Assembly (NCBI GenBank): GCA_023920165.1
Contig: CP089277.1
Span: 62,001 to 126,000 of the forward strand
Direction: 5' to 3'
Origin: Curvularia clavata
Taxonomy: Eukaryota
Length of the DNA: 64,000 nucleotides
In this document: one piece after another, positions 12,106-23,249 of the stretch
Layout of the letters: every line of letters starts with the position of its first letter
Position numbering within the stretch: the first letter of the stretch is position 1
Notes under the pieces: generated by a model
Told to the model about the DNA's origin: nothing
Database searches by the model: none
The model's input: the letters and a program-made list of their open reading frames with translations, nothing else
Position numbers and translations under genes: made by a program

Positions 12106-12473
12106 GCGTTTGTTGGCACATGGAATATTTTGTTTATTCTTATTACCATTGACGCTTCATTACTGTAAGTCCCCACCACCAGTCATTGAGCATATATTCT
12201 GGAGCTTCTCAACCATCACCTTAGCTTCTTAGGTTTCCTTGTTGTAAGCCAAACAGGATATTGTCCAGGTAGAAGAATATACTAATATTGTCATTGATCA
12301 TGCACCAGGGCTCTCGGGGTACAATCTGGGACCTGGATTGAAGTGCGCGTTGCTGTGAAATCTCTTTTTCACGGTGCTGGTGATATCCCCAGCCCATACA
12401 CTGTCTTCTGGAGTCTGAGGATAGTACCAAGCTCGATGTTCCGATATTTGCACAACTGGGATATGTTTCCAAA

Positions 12474-15400
12474 TTATGCTGCATAGTACCCTTTCTTGAC
12501 CCAGAAATAAAACATCCTACGAAACATATCCGCGCTAAGCGGGACATAAATTATGTCGACAGCATCTGTCAATGCCTTCTTGGTATTGTCGGTTCGATAA
12601 ATCGGCGTTTTCTGGCTCGTCTCAAAACGGGTGAGTTCTCCTAGAACCGGCTCGCGGAGGAGAGGCATCAGGGCTAACAAAGGACTATCATTGAGGTTCT
12701 CGTCCTCGCTTACGGCTTTCACCCATTCTTGGTATGGGACTAGTTTGACAGGATAACCGGCTTCGTGAAGGAGTTTCCCAGTTCTCTCCAAACTGACTGA
12801 TTGTTTCGGGTCCGGTGAGACGATGCTGTAAGATCGTCCAACATTCAAAGATGAACGTGAAATGTGGTAGATAGCTGCGCATGCATAGTCGACGGTGACA
12901 TACTCCCATCGCAAGTCTTCAATCAGTGGAAAGACTCCCAACTTTACACTGCCCATTGCAACCCGTGCAAAGAAATCGTTGGGATTGCCAGCACCTCGCT
13001 CGCTGTCGCAAATTACGGTTCCCAAGCGATATATTGAGACGAGGAAGCCGCGATCACGTGCACGGCGCATCAAACTCTCAGCCACCCACTGGCTCTGAGA
13101 ATAGCCGGTGTCGTGTAATGGGCCTTGGATATGGGGTTCCAACGCTTCGTCTTCGAGCAGCGATTTCGTCCCGTTCACAAGACCAGTTGCGCCCCACGCA
13201 TCAATTGTTGATGCATAATGGATAGTTTTAGGCATACCATTGCTGGCAAAATCCAAGACATTTTTGGTGCCAAGTACGTTCGCCTCGAAGTGCGTTTGGT
13301 AAGGCTGGCAAAAGTTGACATGTGCGCCAAAATGGTATATCACGCTAACAGATCTGGCGAGGCGACTGTGTTCTTCATCCGCCAGTCCAAAGTGGTGCGT
13401 TGCAAGGTCACCATCTACCACACTGACGTGCGCTTCAATCTTGTCGTCCCAAAGGTCATATTTCCGAAGCGCTTCTCGTAGACGTGCTTTTGCGGAGAGG
13501 TTGTTCCTCGATCTGATTAAACATGTAACACGGGACTTAGTTGCCACAGTACAAGAGAGGTGCTTCAGGAAGTATGACCCAAGGAAGCCTGTTGCGCCTG
13601 TCAAGAAAATATGTGTCTCGTCAATCCCAGTAACTGTTGAAATGGAACCACTTGAGGGTATTATGTCATCAGCCAAATATGAGTCAGTCTTCAGTCGCTC
13701 GATCAGCGCGATTTTCTCGGTTGCTTCCCCGTTGTTTGCAGACTCGATGAACCGAAGTGTTTCCCCAAAACGTGAGTTATTGTAAAGATCCTGTAAGCTG
13801 ATAAACTTCCCAAAATTCTGCCGGATCTTTACGGTCAAATCAGCAGCCTGTAGAGATGTGGCGCCTAGGTCAAAGAAGTCGTCATCCTCATGTGCCGCAT
13901 GGATGCCCAGAACATCTCTCCAAATTTTCTCAAGCATGCTGCGCGTATCACCTTGAGTGCGTGTGTTGTTACTAGAGAGCTTGTTGCTAACTTCGTTTTC
14001 AAGAGCGGCATAATCAATCTTCCCACGAGAGTTAAGTGGAAATTCTTCGAGGTAAATGATTTGGTCAGGAACCATGTATGCTGGCAAATGTTCTAACCCG
14101 TATTCCCGTAGATCCGTAATTTTGTTCATGTCATCCTCCTGTGATAGAACACAGGCCACAAGTAGCGGTCCGGACTTGCTATCTGAAGCTTTGACGTGGA
14201 GAACACAAACATCCTGGACCATCTGACTCTGGATAAAAGTTGACTCAATCTCGCTGGGCTCTACCCTGTAGTTGTTGTGCTTGATCTGCCGGTCGTTTCG
14301 ACCAACATAGACGAGAACTCCTGGCGCTCTTTTCCTGAAATAACCTAAGTCTCCTGTTTTGAACAGCAGAGGTCGATTTCCTTCCGACTCAGAGGCGTTA
14401 GAAATATTCAGGAACCTTCTCTGGTCTTCTTCAGTACCATCCAGATACCCAATGGAGAGCCCTGGACCACTGATACAAATTTCTCCGAGCTCCTCCTCTT
14501 TTGTAATTCTTCGGCCATCTTTGTTCAGCAGTATCACTTGCATGTCTCCAACAGCTTTCCCAATCGCAACTTGTGTCATTTCTGCTTCTTGATGATCTAT
14601 CAAATGAAGCGTCACAAAAGTTGTCGCCTCCGTCGGACCATATGCATTCCATACCTGCTGAGGCGGATTGTTTTTAAGAACGTTTTTTATCGCAGCCGGA
14701 TTTAGCGCAGAACCTGCTACGAGCAGCAATCTCAAACTAGAGAAAGCCTGAGGATAGTTGAATGCAATCAGATGGAAGTGACTAGTGGATAAAAAACCGA
14801 CTGTAGCACCCTTCCGAGAAATGAAATCCTGTAACTCGGAGCCGTCAAGTGTTACTGTCTTTGGTGCAACGATAATTTCTGCTCCCGAAAGGAGTGAGAC
14901 CCAAACCTCGAAGAGAGACAGATCAAAGCTAGGGTTGTTGAGACATAGTGTTTTGTCGTTGGATCGCAGGGGCGTTACGTCGGTAGATGATGCGAGGTGC
15001 AAGATTGCAGATCCGGTGATCTGTACGAGTTTCGGCTTGCCAGTCGTACCAGAAGTGTGGAGAATGTGAGTTACATGGCCATCTACACTGTTCGGCTCCT
15101 CTGTAGTTGTGGACTGATGAAGTTTGGGCGAGCTGGATCCTTCAGCGACTAAACCGATCTGAGAAGATGTTTCGACATAGCCTTTGAACCCATCGTAAGA
15201 AAAAGCGTATCGCACTCTAGCTTGCCTGAAGAGTTGTTCAATACGAGCCTCTGGAAGGCTTGGGTCAACAGGAAAACAGACGCCATTCGCTAAACTGACC
15301 CCAATTTGACAAAGAATTTGGTGAACCCCTGGACCATACCGAATCCCAACTACCTCATTATCTTCCAAGCCCTGATCGAGCAATAGCTGGGCGACTGACT

Positions 15401-15518
15401 CCGCAAGACACTTCAGTTGCTTGTACGAAAGGCAAATATCACCTTCGTTCACAGCTAGGGCGCATGGAGATCGCATAGCCTGGTCATTGAATGCGTTGTA
15501 TAAATTCTTTCTCTGCAT
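12474..15518 (-). CDS. NRPS-like enzyme A-T-R (adenylation, PCP, terminal reductase), LnaA/LnbA/HqlA-like; 1014 aa, intronless
   Basis: HTSGTTGKPK, SFDLS, NAYGPTE, FKTGDLG, LPAYMVP, RGKID; PCP FFDLGATSL; R domain IFLTGATGFLG, GYSQSQW; no condensation domain. Confidence 0.93.
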   Translation of the reverse strand: MQRKNLYNAFNDQAMRSPCALAVNEGDICLSYKQLKCLAESVAQLLLDQGLEDNEVVGIRYGPGVHQILCQIGVSLANGVCFPVDPSLPEARIEQLFRQARVRYAFSYDGFKGYVETSSQIGLVAEGSSSPKLHQSTTTEEPNSVDGHVTHILHTSGTTGKPKLVQITGSAILHLASSTDVTPLRSNDKTLCLNNPSFDLSLFEVWVSLLSGAEIIVAPKTVTLDGSELQDFISRKGATVGFLSTSHFHLIAFNYPQAFSSLRLLLVAGSALNPAAIKNVLKNNPPQQVWNAYGPTEATTFVTLHLIDHQEAEMTQVAIGKAVGDMQVILLNKDGRRITKEEELGEICISGPGLSIGYLDGTEEDQRRFLNISNASESEGNRPLLFKTGDLGYFRKRAPGVLVYVGRNDRQIKHNNYRVEPSEIESTFIQSQMVQDVCVLHVKASDSKSGPLLVACVLSQEDDMNKITDLREYGLEHLPAYMVPDQIIYLEEFPLNSRGKIDYAALENEVSNKLSSNNTRTQGDTRSMLEKIWRDVLGIHAAHEDDDFFDLGATSLQAADLTVKIRQNFGKFISLQDLYNNSRFGETLRFIESANNGEATEKIALIERLKTDSYLADDIIPSSGSISTVTGIDETHIFLTGATGFLGSYFLKHLSCTVATKSRVTCLIRSRNNLSAKARLREALRKYDLWDDKIEAHVSVVDGDLATHHFGLADEEHSRLARSVSVIYHFGAHVNFCQPYQTHFEANVLGTKNVLDFASNGMPKTIHYASTIDAWGATGLVNGTKSLLEDEALEPHIQGPLHDTGYSQSQWVAESLMRRARDRGFLVSIYRLGTVICDSERGAGNPNDFFARVAMGSVKLGVFPLIEDLRWEYVTVDYACAAIYHISRSSLNVGRSYSIVSPDPKQSVSLERTGKLLHEAGYPVKLVPYQEWVKAVSEDENLNDSPLLALMPLLREPVLGELTRFETSQKTPIYRTDNTKKALTDAVDIIYVPLSADMFRRMFYFWVKKGYYAA

Positions 15519-16777
15519 CTTGAGCGAAAAACTTCCGGGAACAATGATAATGGTATATGTTTAGGTATATTGGGTTTAAAAGAAAATGGTTGCTGTGGAG
15601 AGTACTTGATTTCAACTCTACTGGGATATATAATTAGAAGAATGGGGCTTTAGGTTTCCATATGATGCAATAGAACAATATATTCCGCAGATTGTAAATT
15701 GGACATAGAATGCGGCAAGATATGCTTCAGTGTGAAAAGACCAACCAGTAACCTTTTCCATACAGCTTCATAACTACTAGATGTAACCTTAGGTCTGGAA
15801 ACAGTCACGAGACGCTTGCCTTCTCTCTTACCTTCTCTGAGAAGAAATTAGACTCCCTGGACCTCCTTCTTATTTTATGGTTTAGCTTCATTTGCATCTT
15901 CTATACACGTGTAACTGTTATAGACTAAGCATTAATTTATATATTACGCGCAGCATTATCGCAAATCTATGCGGGAATTGATTGCAATGATATCATTGCT
16001 GTGGTTGCGCGAATAGACAGCGGTTAGCCACGATAAATCTGTTAAAAAAAGTCTTAGTACCAAGGTTAAAGTCATGTATGCGGACTATATACATTTACGT
16101 GGCATGCTCCATATTAACATAAACAAACATTTCAGACAATGAGGGCTGTATTGTGCTGTCACAAGTTCTATTAGCACTAGGAAGCTTAACTCTTTTGTTA
16201 TAAAGCTGCAGTCACGATTTTCCTTAGAGAGCGCCGTGGAAGTGGTGAAATGAATATCTCAGTCTCGTTTTGGACCTTACCTCACTAGCGTACCACCTCC
16301 TAGGGGTGATCACCGCATTGCAACCGTGCATGTTGGTGGAGGCTATGGCTTTTTTTCGAAGACGTAAACAAGAGTACGATAGTATAGATGACAAGCAGAC
16401 TAAGCGACTATAGTTCCCGCCAATTAAATTTAAGAGACGCGATAAGTGTTTCATGGCCGGTGCAACGTCGCACTGTTGCTATCTATAAAAACCGCATGTT
16501 ACTTTACAGGGTTGCTTTTGAATGCAGTAATCGGTGTGTTAGGTTAACCCTCGTGACCCTTATGACAGCTGTCTCGTGCCAGATCTCGATTTGAAAATAT
16601 CCTTCGTTGTCACATCTCGATTCCGATCTATCATTTAGCCCCAGATCTTGATTTTAATCTAGCATTGGACGAATAGTCTGTTTTGCTGCGTCATGCAAAA
16701 ACCAGAGTCCCCCATGCTCCAGAGTACTATGCCTTGGCAGCTAATATACTACGTCTGTCAGTACCCCACCAGGATCG

Positions 16778-16800
16778 CCCCCCCCCCCCCTCCCCCCCCC
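16778..16800. repeat. Poly-C tract (C13 T C9)
   Basis: Directly visible. Confidence 0.95.
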
Positions 16801-17080
16801 TAGCAAAATGAGGTCGTAGAGACGCCCACATAAAGTACGGTGGGGTGACACAAGAAAATACCACTTGATGAAAATCTAGTTTTCACACTCATCGTTGCAA
16901 GATGAGATTAATTTATTGAATTACCACCGATATTAACCAATTTCTCTATTACTTTATCTATGAAGATTAATCTTGACACTCTTAACATCTGAAGTCTTAT
17001 GTTAATTAACCAAGAAGCTTACTCTTAGTAACTCTACTGTACCCTAACGCTATACTCAATTGCTTTGTATAAAGTAAGCG

Positions 17081-18829
17081 TTAGCCTGCAATAGTTTTTC
17101 CTGGTCCTAGAAGTCTGACGAACAGGCGTCTAGGCGCGACAGAGTTTGCACACGCATCGGATACTAAGATGCACACATTTCGTGAACAGCATGTACCAAC
17201 AGCACATGCGTATCCAAGTGGACAGTCAGTGGTGACTGTGCAATCTGCCAGACCAGCACATGGAGTTTGGCCGTCTGCACATACACCAGCATCCCCCATT
17301 ATTGAAGCACACACACAGGATCCACCTGGGCCGCACGCAGTGAAGGTGTCGCAGGTTTGACCAGTGCAAGAAAAGGTAATGCAGACACCATCTGTACATA
17401 AACCACTGGAACAAACCCGGCCGCATGCGCCGCAGTTATTTGGGTCGTTGAGTAAGTTGAAACATTGAGAACCGCACATCGCCTTAGTAGTAGGACAAGT
17501 TGGTGACGGCGTGGCCGAAGCAGAAGTAGACAAGATACTTGAGGGAGTAATGGCTGTTGATGATACTGCTGAACTTTCTGGAAGAGGTTCAGATGAAACA
17601 GTCACTAACGATGATGGCGATGGAGTTGACGACGGCGATGGAGTCGATGATGGCGATTGAGTTGATGATGGCGTTGTATTCAGTGATGAAACCAAAGCTG
17701 ATTTGGTTGTCGAATGCAACGTGGTAGTAGCAGAGAAGACTGAGGTCGAACAACTTTTCTTTCCAGATGTTGATGATCGGTTCGGGTGTTGAATTGAAGT
17801 GTGAGAAGAGCTGACAGTATCACACTTTCCAAAACCCTTCTGGCACGTAGTTGCAGCACAATATTCTAGTTATGTTAGTTGAACCCGTGCCTGGTAAAGA
17901 TTGATAACCAACCATTAGTAGAACCACAGTAACTTTTTTGAGAACAGCAATCGCCCCAACGACTTCTGAAGCATGTCTTGTTACCAAAAGATGGCCCACA
18001 TCGCCCGTTAGTGGTCACAAACAGGGTCGTCGAAGGTGCAGGTAGAGCGGAAGATTTGCAACTACTGCTTGCAACCTGTACTGGAGGCTTAGAAGTTTGG
18101 AGCCGAGTAACTTGATTACAGTGTTACGAACCTGACAGAGGGGAACAGCGCAAGATATGGAAAGGAAGAAGGATGAAGCCCATGTCGGAACCGCTTTGAA
18201 AGAGAACCATGTACCAGCCAATGACGCATGAGTAATCATACGTCCCACATGCTTGGCGGAACGCCACCATGGGACATGTCACGTGTGTCCCACAGAATCC
18301 CATACAATCCCACAATGTTCCACGCATGGGACAACGCGAAACACCATGGGATGGGGTAGGACATAGGACACTCACTTAGTATATAGCAGTAGGCATCGAA
18401 CCCTTATGGCTCGATGTGTTCAACTTAAGTTACGAGTACAAGTACAATATACGAGTTACTTGCAGAACCGTTCATAACACACTGTTGCTTCATCCGCGAA
18501 AACCAACCCAAGAAGATCTTGACACCAGAAGTCTTATATTACTTCTACTTGAGATCATACTCTTAACATACAGGTGCCAAATGCAGGTTTGCAGCCATCA
18601 CCACAGCAGTCTATCTTGCTGCCGCACCGTCCGTACTACCAATGTGGATTAACGATTTTCCAATCTGACACCACTGGAAAGTACACACCTTTGAACAGCA
18701 GTTACCCCAAGCAGACCCAAGGCAGGTATATCCCTTCTGGCCACCACATGTTGCATCTGGCGACACGCCATGAGATAAAATTCCAGAGGGTGCTAACGCA
18801 AAGAGCAAGAAAATGGAAGACCGCATCAT
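17081..18829 (-). pseudogene. Secreted chitin-binding protein (signal peptide, 2x CBM18/hevein, S/T/P linker, STIG1-like and Cys-rich C-terminal domains), disrupted by a solo LTR
   Basis: MMRSSIFLLFALA; CGGQKGYTCLGSAWGNCCSK/YGRCGS..CGDGCKPAFGTC; second repeat GRCGPSFGNKTCFRSRWGDCCSQKSYCGST/EYCAATTCQKGFGKC; CFNLLNDPNNCGACGRVC; frame restored by removing the LTR plus one TSD; introns ~18636-18688 and ~17867-17912. Confidence 0.85.
18122..18568 (+). mobile_element. Solo LTR of an LTR retrotransposon, 447 bp, TSD TACAG
   Basis: Termini TGTTA...TAACA; tacag at 18117-18121 and 18569-18573; TATA-like tatatag near 18380; internal atgggac/gtccca repeats; related copy at 5691-5884. Confidence 0.93.
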
Positions 18830-19623
18830 GGCACGACGTCAAAGCCCACACTCGAAGATTGGCTGAACCGGGATATAAATGGACAATTTAATCTTGTGCA
18901 GTAATGTCGCCTTATCCGGGATTTAAAATCTCCTCTCTTTAATATGAATTTCGAGGTACAGGGGCATATATATCTCAACCCCTGAACGTACATGTAACCT
19001 TGGTGGCTTCCAGAATTGATCCACTTGTCGACGATGTGGACGCTATTTGACTGTTCTAGAATGGTGTACATCCGATCCTATGAACACATAAGGGGTATTT
19101 CGCCCCTTTTAGACAAAGAAAGCGATTGATTATCATCCTAAGTGCAGCGGGTTATTAGGTGGCTGGAAATCGACTATGCCCTTAGCTAAAAGCCAAGCCC
19201 TAGCTAGGCGCTATCACCGCCACAATGAAGCCATGACGAGCTAGCATCATCACTAGTGGTCTAGAATGGCTCCGCCTTTCGCAAACGAGTACCCAGCGTT
19301 TGTGGTCGAATTTCAATCCAACATGAGTGTTGGCATCTAAAGTCAATTAATGAAAGAGCACAAAACTTTTTGAAGTACCGTACGTGATTAGTGCATATAA
19401 TAGTTTAGCTAACGAAAACTCGCCAAAAATCTGGCGTTAAGGTAAATTCTGACCTTAATTTTATTAGGAATTGTACATAGGCCTAAACGCGACCTTACAT
19501 GTATTAGCTAGATTTGAAATGCGTAGAGGGTCTGCATCTGAGAAACTAATGTTGTTAGTGGTTACAACTGTGCCCTATTAGACTTTGGTAGATCAACGAA
19601 CTCCCTATGTCCAGATCTTTCCT

Positions 19624-22354
19624 CTACATCTGAAAAATGTTTACATCTACGTCCATAATCTTCTCCCAACAAAGAGGCTTTCGGTTTTGATCGCCCTTTG
19701 CATTGACATCCACGTCGTGCTCAAACAGTAGCTTTGCTATTGGCTCACAGCCCATTTTGGCAGTATCTGATAGTAACGTGGCGCCGCCATCATTCTTACA
19801 GTCGATCTTCGCACCGCGACTGAGCAGCGCTTTCACAATGTAGAGATCATTGTCTGTTACTGCAAGGCTGAGAGGTGTCCGTCTCATCTAATTTCCCCTA
19901 TATATATCAGTGTTGGCGTCAAAAAGCAAGTCCACAACTAGCCGATACTTGCCACAAATTGCTCGGGAAAGAGGCGCGTAGTTGTTGTGATCCATTGAGT
20001 CCACGTTGATGTCGTCTCGCTTAACTAGGAGTCGTACAATTGCCTCGTGTCTGTTTTCTGCCGCAAGAAACAGTGGTGTGCTTTCCCACCAATCTTCAGA
20101 GACTGCTTCTACGTCGCAGCAGTCCAGTAACAGTTTGACCAATGTAGTTTGCCCCTTCCATGGTGCATAGAAAAGTGGAGTCCGGCCACAGATGTTGATA
20201 AGATTCACTTTGTTTATTGAGCCTGCAGGCTGTGTGCGTAGAAGGCGTTCGAGTAGGTGTGTTAGATCATATTCAATTGCAAGATACGGTCCATAAGTCA
20301 TTATATGACTATACCTGACAGAGCTGCAAATTGTGTAAAGAACAGGAAGGAGACGTCGGTTCCGAAGCGATCACATCGCTACCTCAAATACCTCTTGCTC
20401 CGCTTGCTGTACATGTTGTCAGCAGTGAGCATTTGGATGAGGAAGAAGAGGACTATCGTTAAGGATATCTTCATAAGAATGACAATCCTCGCCAAGGCCG
20501 TACGTATCATATAGTTGCGTTTTACCATATCCATATGCCCTCATTCCATGTTCAAAAGGTTGTGGTCTTAATCGGATTTCGATATTCCCGAAAACATTGA
20601 AGGAAATATATGTAATGCATATGCTCGCAACGTAGGATTGAGCACTTGGGGCCCATGTGTTCCTAATACCTTCAAGATAGTCCTGGATCGTATAGTGGAC
20701 TAGGTGGACAGTGCTACGCTCTTCATCCACGGTAAGAAGGCCAGCGCACAAGGTGACTAGGTCTTGAATACCCGATATATTATCCGAATTTGGTTTTGCT
20801 TCACCATTCTCTACTACAATTGCGTGGCATAACCTTTCGCTTGGAAGCAGACACATAGCACACGATACCCCACAAAGCGCTTTCTTTAGCCATCTGACGG
20901 TCATCGAATCTCTGGCCCTCACTGCGTGTGATTGCTGCATCATACACCTGACTAAGCGCCTCGGACCCTCTGAGAAGATTCTCAAGCGCGGACATCAACT
21001 TCTTCCTCGTCTTTTTGTCTTGAAGGGAGTCGAGATGAAGGTGGGCAAGAAGGAACCTATGTAAACGTCAGTAGAAATTCTTGCGTTATAGAGATATACG
21101 CCATCAACAGCATCGATAATATCTTCCTCTACTCTCAGTCGTAAAATTTCATCATGCAGAGCGAGGTTTGGGAGGCAATGTATCCGTCCCTGTACAAAGC
21201 GTTTTAAACCATTGTCATTTGCTCTCATCACGACTTGAGATGAGGGCGGAAGCTCTTCTAGTAACTTCAGTATAAATCGGGTGATTACCATAATGCCTAG
21301 GACTTCGAGGCACTGTAAACTGAGGAGTTTGATTAGGAACTCGCTACGTGTACCCTTATTGGTACACTCATTCAAAACATCGATGACGAGATATACGCTT
21401 GTATATCTTTCTAAAGTCTTGTGTAAGCAGTTCAAACCCTCTTCAATCGACATTGCAGATTTCTTACTATGTAGTGTCACCACCATTTTGGGGATGGAGT
21501 TGCATGAGTGCAGAAGCTGCTTCAGGATTGCAGCAAGCATCTTGGTGGCTGTTGTATCCGTGATCATGCAATTGCAGAACAGATAAGCCACCCCAATATC
21601 ATTGCAGCGAATGGAGTGCAGAGGACGATCAATCGTAATGGCATCAATCAGGGTTTTTTCAGCTCCAGGAATTTCGGAACAGAAGATAGTGTGATGTTCT
21701 CCTTAAAGCCATTTGATGCAATGTTGCGCTTCTAGGAACCACGGGCCAGTATCCCCTTCTCTGTAGGCGATTAAATCCGCTTACTGAGCCGAGTAGTCCG
21801 CGTCGGATATCCACTCGCAGATTTTGTCGTGCTGATTGCTGTTCTAATGCTTCTGCATCTTGTCGACGCATTCGTGGGTGGCTTGATGAAGCTTGCTGAA
21901 GAGCGTTTAGCATAGTAACACATTCTATATGGCGGGAAGCCTATAAATGGCTTATTCCGAGCAGAATCAGCACATATTGTTTTCAAAGCTCAACCCTGCT
22001 CAGTAGGTCTTCAACATCGTCTTTGATGGTGTTCCACATGATGAGTCGGCGTGCCTTCTTGACCCCCATCGAAGCGGAAACTTTAGCGTCTAACCGCTTG
22101 AGAGCCTTCTGTTACTGCTCTAGCACGCCACCCCTTTCCCCTAGTTTGCGGACTTCAGCATAACACAGCTCGTTATCGACTTTTTCTTCTAGACCGTAAC
22201 GCAAGTTACCGAGAAGAAGATACATTCTGGAGGCTTCGGTGCCCCATTGGGTACCTGCGTTTCCAGCGTCCTGCACATCGTCCACAATGGCGATGACCCT
22301 TTCCGTAAGCTGTAGGACGGCGATGATGCTTGCTACAATTCTGAGCCCGTCCAT
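19624..22354 (-). pseudogene. Fungal NLR-like gene: HeLo-like N-terminal domain, NACHT, ankyrin repeats; multiple stops and frameshifts
   Basis: MDGLRIVASIIAVLQLT start; GTGPWFLE, degenerate P-loop EIPGAEKT, VYLVIDVLNEC, LCAGLLTVDEE..VHLVHYTIQDYL; ankyrin GRTPLFYA, STPLFLAAENRHEAIVRLL, RTPLSLAV. Confidence 0.88.
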
Positions 22355-23249
22355 GTTGAATTGATGAAGAAAGTGAAAACGATATGACTAGAGGATGCGT
22401 TGTAGAACAGGAGAGTTAGTGTTTTGGACAGCAGGCTAAGGCTGAGGCTCGGTATGTTGGCCTCACTCAACACATGCTGTAAAGGCGCGGCCCCTCGACA
22501 GTACCAAGATATCGGCGCACTGGTGGGTCACTAGATATAAGGGACCTGTGGACAGAGTACACAACTCTCCACCATACACCCATAGTATAGAAAGAGCGTT
22601 GCGAAGGCGTTCTGTGGAAACACGTTACCTTGGCTCATGGCCATCCGGCGCTCCTAGCTATCTATGTTAATAGAGGCAAGTAATATTTTCCTCACTCATT
22701 GCCTGCTGCTATTAGACTTCTTACACATGCCAAGACTTATATTACTTGTTAGATGCATCGCACATAATACTCCACTCACGTGACTACGTACACGGCTAGA
22801 AAATATGGTTCTACGTTTGGTGATACTTGGAAGCCAAGATCAAAAGCTCACTAGGAAGGTGTCTTGTTACTCTATAACCTATTATATGACGCTATATGAA
22901 TTTGACCTCTGATACATCAGATTGATTTGTGACGATCCAGATCTAAGAGCGTCTGTTCCTTGCAGCTAGAGGTCGAGATAAAGAAGTAAAGCCTCCCTTT
23001 TGTATGCCATGATAAGAGCAATGCTAATTAGTCTATGCTGAACCAAAGCTCCCGCAGATAGTCTACACAACCGTTCGGTGAGTCTTTACTATTTTTTCCT
23101 TCATATATTTACTACATGAGGATTTCGTCCAAGTTTTGATTAGTTATGTTACGCTGCCCTCAGCTGACAAATGCTCGAATTACATCCTAGGTTTAAACTA
23201 GAGGTAGGTCCCTGCGTAGTTACATTATTTGATATAAGCTAAGCGTTGT

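Noticed and set aside
7368..18829. Treating MscS, protease, NRPS-like and CBM18 genes as one biosynthetic cluster
   Set aside because: No tailoring enzyme, transporter or regulator links them; adjacency alone is insufficient
22450..22760. Possible third LTR relic (cttatattactt shared with the LTR family)
   Set aside because: Only about 12 bp of match; no termini or TSD found
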